Shown here: piece after piece, positions 12,902 through 26,014 of the stretch
How positions within the stretch are numbered: position 1 is the first letter of the stretch
Layout: each line of letters opens with the position of its first letter
Assembly: GCA_043228905.1 (NCBI GenBank)
Contig: JBHGNT010000017.1
Coordinates: 17,484,001-17,548,000 of the forward strand
Reading direction: 5' to 3'
DNA from: Azolla caroliniana
Taxonomy: Eukaryota; Plantae; Polypodiophyta
DNA length: 64,000 nt
The notes under the pieces: model-generated
Database searches by the model: none
Seen by the model: only the letters and a program-made list of their open reading frames with translations
What the model was told of the DNA's origin: nothing
Position numbers and translations under genes: made by a program

Positions 12902-15900
12902 GGAAACCTTCAATGGACAACCCATTGTCCGCCCATCGGCTCATTGTCCGCCCATCGACCCGAACCCGACCATCTTTCGACTCGTCCCATGGCCACCGCC
13001 CATGGTCCTGTACCCTAACCCACAAATCAAACCCAGAACCCCCCCCATGGTAGAAACTCACGTGCACAGAGCACATGGAGATCTGACCCCTGCCTGCCAC
13101 ATGCAAACTCTACTCTGAGCACAACTCCTCATCTTCAACATATCGTTGGGAAGGAAACGGATTGAGCCCATACAGATCTCTGAAACCGGACCCCATCGAA
13201 CAACGGTTGCTCCTTCCTTCCCTAACCGTTGTTTTCTTTTGCTCAGGGTCAATGTTATGGGTTCGTGATGTGCAAGAAGCAAGAAAGCCCCTTTTTCGTA
13301 TTTTGTCACGTTCTTCTCACGAGAAAACTAAGCACAAGGGTTGTGGTTGATATTGAACCTATCTTGATACCTTATGGCACAAGTGATAACAACCATGCAC
13401 AACGTATGTCCATGTTCCTAAAGACATTCCTCCCTTATGAGGATTTGCGGCATATCAAGCCTTTCTCACGATTGATAATGAAACACCAAGTTGCTAGTTT
13501 TGTGACAACAACAACAAATATAGCCGAACTTTTGAGGATGGGGAAACCTAATATTCCTTTGGGGGGGAATTGCATTCTCAAAGTTTTTTAATTGTATATA
13601 ATATCAATCTTGCTAGAGAGAGTTCTCCTCCAAATAACTTGAAGAACTTTTTGGACACATTCATAGCAATGAAAGCAATCAAGGAAACAAAATGGAAATC
13701 TGACCTTTTTTTTATCATTTCAAGAAATTTTCACTTATTATCAACATTTGTTCAATCACATCGATCTTGTAAATCCTACTGACTACTATCAATGTCTAGA
13801 GAGTTCCAAACTTAGTAGTGGCATCTAAACACGAGGGTTGTGGTTGTTGCAACACTCAAGCCGACATGTTAGGCACAAACTAATGACAAGCACGCACCAC
13901 CCATGTCTTCATTCCAAAAGGCATTCCTCTTTTGAGAGGATTCATGACATGTCAAACCCCCATAAGGTTCTTCGTGTTGCAGCAATTAAACCATACGTTC
14001 CATTGCACACCATTGGTTGTCTTATTTTGCATTTTTGCAAAAAAGAAAAACTGATGTTTGGATGGGCAATTTGGCCAATCCACTTGGCTGTGTTTAATTT
14101 CTAAGGGAAATAAACCGAGTTAGAATTTAGGTATTTTATATTTGCGACCGTAGACAAATCTAATATATTTAAGAACTTTGAAGAGAGAAGTTCCAACTTT
14201 TCTTTGGACAATCTACCGTGTTTTTTTCTCCCATTTGTCCGCTTTCTCATTATATTTTTTGGAGACATTTTTCAAATGATGTTTTGCACCTTTGGTAGAC
14301 TTTTATGAATATATTGATTTCATTGACATGATATTGGGTGGAAATTGAAGGGATCCGTTTCAATTAACACTAAACACTACTCTTTGTCTAAATAGTTTCT
14401 CAATACACAAATAGCTTACCCATATCGCAAATAGTTTCCCCAACATATCTTCTTGCCGAGATTTTAATTTTGATTGTATGCTTTTAATAATTTAAATCAT
14501 GTGTCTCTATGAGAAATTTGTAAAGCTCATTATGCGTAAATACTTATACATCTTTATTTTTTGTATAAAGCGGAATGTCACATCATTATTATCGTTAAAG
14601 TAATTCTTACGATTACTAGCATCACGAGGACATAGATAAAATAGAAAAGCAAGTGCCATCAATGAAAGTTTTACTTGTAAAAACACATGAATTGCAATGC
14701 ACACATGCAAACACATCAATTGTTTACACATGTTACTAACTTGTAAGAATGTTTTTGTAGAGTTCATCTTAAGAGATGAAAGAAGGATAATCTTGCGTTA
14801 CACTCAATATAACATGGTATTTTGTTGTACAATGTCAAGTCTATAGAAACTACCATGATTCATGTAAAAATAATGCGTGTGTTGTAAGAACGCATGGAGC
14901 CATGAGAAGTAATTGAAAACTCTCGTCCATTCTCACGAGTCACGACTAATAAGGCCCTTTAATTATTATCAGATTTGTAAGAGAATGGGCAAAAGGATAT
15001 AGTCTTATAGATATGGATCTTTTTGCCTAATACGAAGATAATATATTAACAAAAGAGTTATGTCTAACTCAGGTGGCATTTTAGTTCTTCATTTACTTCA
15101 TCTTTCAATTTTATAATAACAAGATTACTTTGTATGTTCTATCATCTTATTTAGTTTTTCATGAGCAATGTACTAAACTACTTGAATCATAGTATCTCTT
15201 TGCATGTCACTTGTAATTGCATGTAGTATTGTGTAATTGTCTTATGAATAACGTGTATTGTGTGTGTTATATTGATCGAAGTTGGATTTGAATTGGTTTC
15301 TCGTGATCCTTTACCATTTTAAAACAAACAATGATGACTTCATGTAACTTGTAACTTGTAACTTGTAACTTGTAACTTGTAATGACTAGCAATTTATTTG
15401 CATTATAGTTTCATCATTATCACAACCCTAAAATAAAAGCAACCTATTTACATTAACATTGATGTCTTTGTGAATGTCGGAGTCAAGTCCAACCTTCATG
15501 TTTTCTTCCTCAAGAAAATGTTACATGCCCTAAAACACTACGTTATCCCCACATCAAATCATAAAGCAATAGGACGCCGTTCCAAAATATACCAATAACC
15601 TCATTCCTACTAGTGTATTAACTATGAACTGCAATTTCTAGATGACAACACATAAAAACTTCGTCTGGACCATCCCTTACATTATACACACTTTTCTATA
15701 TGGTCGATTTTTTTATTTTGCATCAAAAGACGCTGAAATATGTATCCAACATTGGATATTCTGATGGCAATGGTGTTTAATGCCCAATCTTTTGGGTTGT
15801 GTACTATTACTTTTAGGTGACCAAAACCTAGCACAACTTGTCCCTCACCACCACAACTCTCGTTAAGCCAAACGTTCTTGTGCCTCCAAACCATTACTTT

Positions 15901-16789
15901 TTTCCTTTATCCTCCTATCACCACCACAAGTGCGTGTCACATAAGATGTGTTTTGCTTGGGATTTATATCATAGTATTAACTATTGCCTTATTGCATATA
16001 ACTTGCACTTTATCAACTACTCCCATATTCATGTTTTGTTCTATTAAATTATGTGCTCTAATGTTCAATTCTCATGACAATGCTTACCTATATTTCTCTA
16101 GTGTCTATCAAGGAGATTTAATTCATTCCATGGGGAGTAAAGTGAAGAACTTAACTATCGCTCTTATTACATTCCCAAACCAACATACACAGAAGCATTT
16201 TGCAAATAGATAGTCTTTAAAATTAATGAACTTGTTACACATCCATCAATTTTCACATTCATATAGATTGTGAGCATAAATAAGATGGATATATCTCTTC
16301 AAAACTCTTCAATAAAATATTGATGACACTACAAATGATAACATCAATATCTTTCATTATGAGTAGGTATAAGAGTAGTGCATTGTTCCCATACAACAAC
16401 ATATGCATGTCCAATACCATACTTATTGGTTACCTTCTTGCAAGTGGTTGATTAAACAAATGGGAGAGAGAGAATCTCCATTGGATAATTTACTTTAGCA
16501 CATGAAAGAGAGATCAAAATTGAAAATTTTGAGAGATTTGTTTTGTGTTCACAAGAATATATGATGTTATTTTTCTTAGTAAAAAGAATGAGACACGATC
16601 ATATTACACACTATGTATGTATACCATGGAAAAACTATGTTGCTCTTGTGACATCGTGCGGGATAGGGCATGCACACTCAATCCTAATGACATAGTCCTA
16701 ATGGAAGCAACATGGCTGATATTTTATCGCGGAGTGCCTAAGCGCGATTATGATGGAAGCTCATGTTCTCCAAAGCATATACAGATAGA

Positions 16790-17054
16790 CATAGTCATAG
16801 ACATAGAAACATACATGTACATATACATATACATGTACATGTACATATACATATACATGTACATGTACATATACATATACATGTACATGTACATGTACAT
16901 ATACATATACATGTACATGTACATATACATATACATGTACATGTACATATACATGTACATGTACATATACATATACATGTACATATACATATACATGTAC
17001 ATATACATATACATGTACATATACATATACATGTACATATACATATACATATAC
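16790..17054. repeat. Hexamer microsatellite (TACATA/TACATG)n
   Basis: About 40 mixed TACATA/TACATG units downstream of the RLK1 stop codon; source of the spurious MYMY/HVHI ORFs. Confidence 0.95.
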
Positions 17055-17169
17055 AAGCTTGAAGTTCATCGACAAATGATCACGTTCCCTTGGATAATTT
17101 CAGGATTACCACTGAAATGATTTTCTCTAGATAGAATGCCCAATGCCCTATTTCTCTTACTCACAAACA

Positions 17170-19128
17170 CTATGGAGAGGAAGGCTTGAAGCCCAACATA
17201 GTAGATTCCTTACAACAATCTGCACTCTTATCCATATATGTGAGTCCAAGTGATGGTGGTTCCACTTGGACCTGAATTGCCTTCCCTTGCTTCAGAAGAA
17301 CTAACGCATCTAGCACATCCAACATTGTTGGTCGATCTTTTGGAGATTCCTTGGCACAAGCCAATGCCAAAGCCAATACGCTGTATATGGTCTCGTGGTC
17401 TGCGAGTCCATCCTGGATTTCCTTTGTGAGATCGGGATCAATCACATCCATCCAATTCTTGTGTACCGCGGATTGCACCCATTTAGGTAGGCTTTTTCCG
17501 TCCATGAAAATGTTGCTAGTCGGACGCCGCTTTGTAATCATCTCTAAAACCACAACGCCATAGCTATACACATCCACCTTGTCCGTCAATCTCTCGCCAT
17601 ATGCATATTCTGCCAATTAAACAAAGCAGATCAAGTCATATAAAGCCATCAAAATATAGAGCAAATCATATAAACCACAAGTACCAGGATACAAAGCACA
17701 TGCACCATACCCACGCGAATTCGTGGACATCATTGCTTCTCATGTCCGATCCTTACAAGGAACTCCCAGAACACCTAAGCTACTGGATGGCCTTGTACGA
17801 TGTCGGGGGTTGAACCCATGACCTTATGGTCTCTACCAGAAAACCTTACAAACCAGGATGTAGGTGATCGTCGAGATGAGACTGCTCGACACATGTGGGA
17901 TTAGACTGAAAGTAGATGAGGATGGACCCCTATACATTGCTATATGTTATTTCCCTCCCAAGGGACAATCACCAGAGAGTATCTATCGGATTTTATATGA
18001 GAATGTATCAGTACCTTATATGAGTCAAGATTCCAGTAACTCATGAGAATCAGTAAATTATGGGAATTGCAACTCATTAGGGATCACATGTTCATCTCCA
18101 TCTATCACCTCCCTGGATAAATACCATGAAGGGAATTATGCAACATCTTTGTATGATATAGCAGATCATCCACCTCTACCACATTCATTGATGCCCTGCA
18201 CCCTCCCCACTTCCACTTTCTTCAGTGCAGGTATGGTGAAGGAGTCATATTGACAGATTGCCCACAAGAAGGTTTAGTTGCATACATTTTATACATGCCG
18301 GAGACATGATTGCATATCTAGTGGTCTTTATGTTCAATAGAGCACAGTGTGGGGGCTTTCCTAAAACTTGGGAGTTCTACCAGGATTGTGCATTTACTCA
18401 AGTCAGGAGACCATGATTTGTTTGCTCATTACACCATTCGAGTGAAACAGGGATGTTCACGCGCTCTGATACTCTTTGGGCTGTATGGGGATGATGTTAT
18501 ATGCACATGATATTGTGTTGATAGTAGACTGTGCAGAGGACTTACAAAGATACTTGGATGCTCTACATTCTTTTGCACAAGGTAATGCACTCTCGGTGAA
18601 GCTTGATAAAACCAAGTTCATGGTGTTTAACTCTACATCTCAGTGAATAAGGAGTTCTGCAATAGATGTCATGTCTGGACAGATGAGGGTGAATTTTGTA
18701 GGCTAATACCTACCTTGGTGTAATGTTCACTGCACCTATCTTCTCCATGAGAAGAAATGCACAGGCTCAGCTTACTGGGATGTATACAGCACTAGGAGGA
18801 CTACAGGACTGAGTCTGGACCGGCATTACACTTCCCGAGGAATGTTTCATGAGTAGGGATTTAGGGAGAGAGATCTCGTCTCCATGAAATTCAGAACAAT
18901 TTGAGCTGAAGATAGATATGTATGCTTTTGCCCAAATCATCCTGAAGATCAGTGGGCTAAAGACTGATTTCTTGTGTGCACATTGTATCCTTCACATTAC
19001 TGGTATCCTCTCATAGAGATGTTTCTACACCTATTCTGCTTGAATCCTTTTTTCTAACTCTCTGATTACTATTTCTTTTTACATTAGTTCATATCAGATA
19101 CTTAAGTCACGCATCATTTGATGGTCTT

Positions 19129-19196
<68 letters not shown>

Positions 19197-22100
19197 CACA
19201 CACCACACACAAGCGCGCGCGCATACATGTATGTAAGAACAAACCCAAAGATAGCGATAGCGGATTGGATACCTGGTGCCATATATCCAATTGATCCTTG
19301 CATACCCGACATAGAAACTGCCCGATCGATTTCAGACTTTATCATCCGTGCAATACCAAAGTCACTGATATGTGCCTCGAAATCCTCATCAAGAAGAATA
19401 TTGCTCGGCTTCAGGTCACAATGGAGAACCCGGCCAAATCCTGTTTCCTTATGCAGATAAACCAATCCTTGTGCCACACCATGTGCAATATTAAATCTTT
19501 GTTCCCAACGTAACTTGGATTCATTTGTGTGTAGATGCAGATCTAGGTTCCCATTTGGTATGTAATCCAGAATCAAGCATTTCGAATTTGCAGATGATAA
19601 GGTACCAAATATTTTCACGAGATTTCTATGCCGAATTTGACCCAGTGTATTTGACTCTGATTGAAAACACTTTTCCACCTCTGGACTGTTGTGGAGATTC
19701 AGTTTCTTGACAGCAATCACCATTCCACTACTTAAAACACCTTTGTAGACTGTGCTCGAGCCACCTCTACCAATAATGTTAGCATCATTATATTTGTTGG
19801 TTGCATGAGAAATCTCTCGGGCGGAGAGTTTGATCCTTCGGTCGAATGTTACAACTTTAGTTTTCCTCCACTTTTTAGCAGCAATAAAATAAGTGAGTAT
19901 AGCAATTATTGCACAGATGAAAACCAGAACTACACAAATGATTATGATTTTGGTTTTGGATATGCCATGCTCATGACCTATGGATTCAGATGCTTTGATT
20001 GGACAACTTGAGGTAAGTGGAGGCCCACAGAGATCTGCATTTCCGAGATATGAATCACTCAAAAAGCTGCCAAACTGATTTCCTGTAAAAGGAAACAAAT
20101 TTTACACATGACAGAAGAAAACCATATGCATCAAAAATATCTAAATAAAATGTAAAAACATGAAGATTTAGGGATAGCAATAGTCTCAAGTCTCAAGTCA
20201 TAGTCTAATGTTACATGGATTCTAAAAAGTCATCTTGATATTCTTTCAGTCTATTTAGCGAAAACCTTGGCTGCACAAAATCACTTTCCACAACCCAAGC
20301 GTTGAAACTATATACCAAGCCAATGCTAACATTCACTTCCCACAACCCAAGAGTCGAAAATAATATAACGAGTCAAACTAAGATATTGATAAATAAAAGA
20401 AAATCTGTTATAGGAGTAGAACACATACCTGTTGGGATTGCCCCTGACAACTGATTGTTCGATAGATTCAGGAATGTTAGTGATGTCAAAGCTCTTAGTT
20501 GGGTAGGTATTGTACCACTAAGCTGATTGTTCGAAAGATCCAACGATTCAAGTGTCAGAACATTTCCGAGACTATTTGGAATTGGCCCTGTTAGTAGATT
20601 TCTTGAAAGATTTAGGCTGAACAATCCGGTCAATGAACCAATCTCGTTAGGTATGGTGCCAGACAATTTATTCCCGGACAAATCCAAAGATATGACAACA
20701 TTCAAGAGATACATGTAGTATAATTGTGTACCCTTTGCATCAATGGTCACTTTAACACTCCACAAAGTTTGGTCTGAATTGGTTGTACTTTCATTCCTCT
20801 TAAAACCCTCTAAGTTGTATATGTCAGCTGGAATCGTACCCGAGAATTGGTTGTTGGACACGGCCAAAATCTGTAACTGATTCAAATTCCAGAGCCATAA
20901 GGGAAGAGCACCCTCTAGGTTGTTATAACCAACACTTAAAACCCTTAGATTCTTTAGTTGGCCCCAACTGTCAGGGAGAGGGCCACTGAACTGATTACGT
21001 GAAAAATCCAGTACCACCAAACTGCTCTCATTCACAAAGGAGGCAGGAAGGCTTCCATTAAAGCTGTTGCCTGCAAGTGAAAATGAATTTAGCTGTCTCA
21101 GTGCGGTAAACTGATTTGGAACCTCGCCACTCAAAGAGTTCTCGGAAAGCTTGAGCCACTGGAATTGTATACAATTGGCCAACTCAACCGGTACACCACC
21201 CGAGAAATTGTTCATGGACAAGTCTAGATAAACTAGCTTTGTGAGCTTCCCTAATGACAAAGGGATGGGGCCTTCAAGCCTGTTGGGACTAGCCTCAAAG
21301 TATACGAGGTTCACAAGATTTCCTAACTCGGATGGTAGGAATCCTGTGAAGTTGTTGTTGCCGAGGTACAGCTGAGTTAAAGTAGTCATATTTCCTAGCT
21401 CGGCCGGAATGTTCCCACTCAATCCGTTGGTAAAGATAATGAAGTTACTTAAGTTCTGAATTTTACTTATCTCAACAGGCAATGCACCCATGATGTTATT
21501 GGCAGAGAGGTCCAGTTCTTCCAAGCTTCTCATGTCTCCGATCTCCCGAGGCAACTCGCCAGAAAGCTGGTTGTTCTGAGCATATAGGTAATGGAGGTTA
21601 GTGAGGTTTCCAATCTCCTTGGGGAGGCTTCCATTGAACTGGTTGTAGGATATGGAAAACCTCTGTAGGTTTTTGAGTTTGCCAATTGTTGATGGTATTG
21701 TTCCAGATAGAGCATTCGAGGAGAGATCGAGCTCTTTCAAGTTCCCGAGGTTCCCTAATTCAGCAGGGATGGATCCTTGCAAGTTAATATTCCAGAACCA
21801 CAAATACTGGATGTTTGTAAGGTTTCCAAACTCAGGAGGGAGACCCCCTTGGAATTTGTTCCCCAACAGAGACATTATCTCCAGGTTATGAAGGCGCCCG
21901 AGTTCTGCTGGGATTGCCCCGTCGAGCCTGTTAAGAATGAGGTAAAGTTGAAGGAGCTTACTGAGCTTACCGAGTTCGGGAGGTATGCTTCCAATCAAGT
22001 CATTTTGACCCAAATACATGTACTTTAGATTGGTAAGGTTTCCGAGCTCAGGGGGTATGATACCCGTCAAATTCGGCAGGTTGTGGAGTTGAAGCATTTC

Positions 22101-22718
22101 AAGGGCAGTGAGACTGCCGAGGGAAGGCGGGATTGACCCGACCACATCGCTATTCTTGCTTAAATCAAGCCAAATGAGGGATGTACAATTGCCAACTGAA
22201 GAAGGTATGGATCCAGATAGCAAATTCTCTTTGAAATCTAGATGGGTTAGAGATGACAATTGACCTAACTGTTCAGGTATGGACCCTGTGAGGCCATTGA
22301 TGGAGAGGTTAAGATATGTTAGGAAGGTGAGGTTGGAGAGGTAAGGGGATATGGTTCCTGTAAGGTTGCTTTGCCTGAGGTCTAGGGAGGTCACTCTACT
22401 GGTTCCATTCTGATTTGTGCTGTTATTGTTGTTGCAAGTGACCCCTGCCCAACTGCTGTTGCAAGGGAATGAATGAGGTGAAGAGTTCCATGAGCTTAAC
22501 ACACGAAGTGGATCACCATTGATGCTGGCTTTGAAGCTGAGTAGAGCTTCTTTGTCTATGGTTTCTTCCTCATCTAGGGACAATGTGCACAGGAATGGGC
22601 ATGAAACAATCAGGAATAGAAAGAACAGGGGAGGTGTGGAGGAGGTACATGGGATTACTACTGCACAAATTCTTCTTCTTAGTAATCCCATCATCATCAT
22701 CATCATCATAATCACCAT
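17170..22718 (-). CDS. LRR receptor-like kinase copy 1 (non-RD kinase, island-domain ectodomain), 3 exons, about 1179 aa
   Basis: Exons 22718-20429, 20082-19273, 17609-17170 (GT-AG, 3540 nt). Signal peptide, LRRNT (CNSSWAGVTC), many plant LxxLxLxxNxLxGxIP repeats, LRRCT (YLGNADLCGPPL), TM (IIIICVVLVFICAIIAIL), kinase motifs GRGGSSTVYKG, AVKK, HCDLKPSN, DFG, APE. The exact start Met is uncertain because of the poly-ATG run. Confidence 0.92.
17860..18950 (+). mobile_element. Decayed LINE (EN/RT fragment) inside RLK1 intron 2
   Basis: Broken-frame motifs LYIAICYFPP, RVKQGC..LFGLY (18440), LYAHDIVL (YADD-like, 18497), LSVKLDKTKFMVFN, YLGVMF. Confidence 0.7.
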
Positions 22719-23949
22719 GAAGATGTCATTCTTCTTCTTCTTCTTAGTAATCCCATCATCATCATCATAATAATAATCACCATGAAGATGTCATTCTTCT
22801 TCTTCTTCTTAGTAATCCCATCATCATCATCATAATAATAATCACCATGAAGATGTCCTTCTTCTTCTTCTTATGCTTAGAAGTTAGTACATTTCCTCTG
22901 TCTCTATGGCTGTCTCTCTCTCTCTCTCTCTCTGTTTTTTTGTGTCTTTTTGTGTGTGAACACTGAATAGTCCAAAGTAAATGCATTTCCTGTGTCTCTG
23001 TGTCTTTTTGTGTCTTTCTGTGTGTGAATAGTCCAAAGTAAATACATAATGGTGGCTACCAAACCATACCCATTGATTGCGTTTGAGTGGGATTGTCAAC
23101 CCAAATCTAAGTGTCAACACGTCGACTTGTCAACGAAGAGAGCGATAATGTGGTGTAAATGTCTTGGGTCACAAGTATTTCCTCGAGATTGTGAAGCCGT
23201 TTGCTTGGTACACCGATTATGTATGTAGTGCACAATGTCGGAATAATGACGTGTAACAAAGACGCTAATCTTTGGATTGGAGCCCAAGACCTTGCAATTT
23301 GGCACCACCTAATAGCTTGGAGATTATGATAAGATCGAATGTAATGGAACACAAATGGTTGTTTTATCATCCATGAGGAGACGTATGGTAAGAGATCAAT
23401 ATATCATCTTGTATGTGACTCCTTCCTATGAAATGGGGGTTACTTCTTTGTAATAAAATTCTCTATGCGAAACTAATGCATGCACATATGTGCTAACCCT
23501 CCATGGTGGGAATTTGAGTACGTCACTTGAGTCATCATAGTTCTCGCAAATTACCTTATATGATGAGCATGCAAGAAGTTAGTGATATTCATTCTCCACT
23601 AGGTTTTGATTGCATACCTTGCATATCCTCATAATAGGTCGATGATCCAATGATGCTACTTCAATACCTTACTTGTGCTACTATCTCTAACAACCAAGGC
23701 TCATGGGGATAGTAAGATGCGGTTGGATACTTTCTTGCTTTTTTACTAGAGCTTATCTAATCATTTTACCTTGTATTGGGGCCAACGTTGGAAAATGTCA
23801 TAGTTATGGTAGAGAGAGAGAGAGAGAGAGAGAGGAGGAGGAGGAGGAGGAGGAGGAGGAAAAGGGACATATCATGGTGGGCACAAGATCATGTTTGTGC
23901 TCATAAGCGTCGTGGTGGGACATCAATATTGAATTTATATTAGCATTTG

Positions 23950-24950
23950 GAAGCTCTTCCATTTACCTTCATTTGATTTATGTTTCGGGGTGTACGACCT
24001 TGAACGGAGATGGTGGCATGCTTTATTGAAAAGGCAAGAGTTAAGCTTGGAAACAGGATGGTTCAAACTAATTGCTGGAATATCACTGGTTGTGAAAGGC
24101 ATGTCAAATGTGTAGGGTCTGTGATGGTTAATAATTTGTTGACATATTGGTAGAGTATGTTGGATTTTGTGGAATGACACCCTTCAAAACAAAAGGGATG
24201 TGCCAATTCATTAAAAATGGAGGTTTTGGCGACATCAAGGTTATTAATGGTGGGAAGGTAAACAACATCTTAATCTTCAATTTAATCAGATGGCTAGATT
24301 AGGTAAGGTAACAATGGAGGATGCTATGTTGATGCTACAAAGAAGATAAATTGCCTTCTGAACAACAATATCTATCTTTCGTATTCCAAGAGGTTATATC
24401 TTTATTTGGTATAAGTTGTAACAATGATTATAACTGCATGTCCCATTTCATGATTTAGACATAGGATCTTAAGAACTTGATTAAGCATTTGTTGGAAATA
24501 GGAGATTCATTATGATATCAACAAATTATGTTTGTTGCAAGTTGAGAAACCTAAGTACATGGAGGAAAGGCTTGTAAAGGTATGGGGTTTTCATAAACAC
24601 ATTACCTAGAGGTTTCATGTGATCACAACATGTTGGTGTTCTTGATTGATGCTACGAGCTAAAAGTGTTTCATTTGGAAAGTTATGGTTGGAACTTTACT
24701 ATTGGGGGATGCATTAAACAAGAGAATGATTGCAAGTGGAATGTGCTTTTGTTTAAATGATGGACATAGTAAGCATGGATTTCTTTTATGCTAGGTGGCT
24801 AGAATGGTTTGGAGGTGTATTAATTTAGTGCGGATGTTTTTTATTTGAGTAAGGTTATCTTCATTCAATTGGGTTTTTGCACATATGGAGAATAAGTTAA
24901 AATTACTACTTTTGTGGCAATTGACGATATTAGAGAAGTTCTAGAATCTC
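23950..24950 (+). mobile_element. Decayed L1-type LINE 3' fragment (zf-RVT region)
   Basis: CFIWKVMVGTLLLGDALNKRMIASGMC at about 24665-24750; many stop codons. Confidence 0.55.
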
Positions 24951-25110
24951 AATCATGAAGAGAGCCACTTGTGCAAGGTGACATGTCATCATATTCGTCA
25001 TCTAATTTGGTGTGTTGGTCATAGTATTTAGATCCTTGGAGTTCTAAATATTGTTCTAAGCTAGTCATGTGGTGTTTTCTTTTGTAAGAAAAGGCATTAT
25101 TTATGAGAAA

Positions 25111-25156
<46 letters not shown>

Positions 25157-26014
25157 AAGATATTAATGTCTAAACAAGAGTATTATCAGGGAGTGCAAAG
25201 CCAAGGAATCAAACCCTAATCAATGCCATTAGAGAGTACTATGACACCACAATTACACTAGTTACACTTTTTGTTATTATTAAGCTTATTGATTGAGTGT
25301 CGAATAACTAAATGAGAAGTTTATATATTGGAGATCCCAATCTTAGTTGGCCTTTTCATGTAAGACTTAAGGTGGTGCAATCAATTATGATACCCATAGT
25401 TTCTTATTATCTCTCATCATTGTCACGGTCAAAGGAGGCATTGTTAACAAAGATGAAAAGGAAATTCTAGTATTTCTAGGTTGACATGCACTCATATTTA
25501 TACTCCTAAACAACTTGGCAATATTTAATTTGCATGGCTACGAATTTTGGGGCCACGACAAAAATTTGACGCGTGTCATGCTTATCAAAGGCCATTTTGC
25601 CCATAAACATACACCCAACAAAAATGTTTGTCAAGTGACATATAATAGTTTAAATTTCCATTTTAATGTGAAAGGCCCCTGAGAATTATACATGTCAAAT
25701 GACATGCTAAAATTCTATTTTCCATGTCATATATGCATTATACCAGATATAAATATATGTATGTATTATGATATGTGTATAATAATATATTATATGTTTT
25801 TGTACAACGCACTTAAAATAATATAATAATATAATGATATTATATAATATATATTCTTCAATCTTTATTCTTTACTAATAATAATAGTTGGAATTTGATT
25901 TACACAATAACCTTTATTAAATATTCTAAAGTATAGAGTATAGACTCTAGGTATAATTTTAATGTTTTAAGTTTTAACTATTAAACCTATTTTTTAATGC
26001 TATCCTTTATTACA

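Larger units (their letters stand above)
14570..24265. repeat. Segmental duplication unit 1 (paralogous to ~31690-40654)
   Basis: Collinear shared blocks: 14640/31740 (AAAAGCAAGTGCCA), 15421/33546 (CACAACCCTAAAA.AAAAGCAACCTATTTA), the RLK genes, 23100/39370, and 24250/40638 (GGTGGGAAGGTAAACAA). Confidence 0.85.

Noticed and set aside
11881-13106. Poly-L, poly-TA, LGLG and SLSL ORFs
   Set aside because: Alternative-frame or antisense readings of the poly-Q, TTAGGG and (CT)n repeats.
13150-14100. Possible decayed DNA-transposon (hAT-like) coding remnant
   Set aside because: Only vague motif resemblance; no TIR, TSD or convincing translated motif found.
16545-17120. ORFs of MYMY/HVHI/VYVH repeats
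   Set aside because: Translations of a stop-free hexamer microsatellite, not genes.
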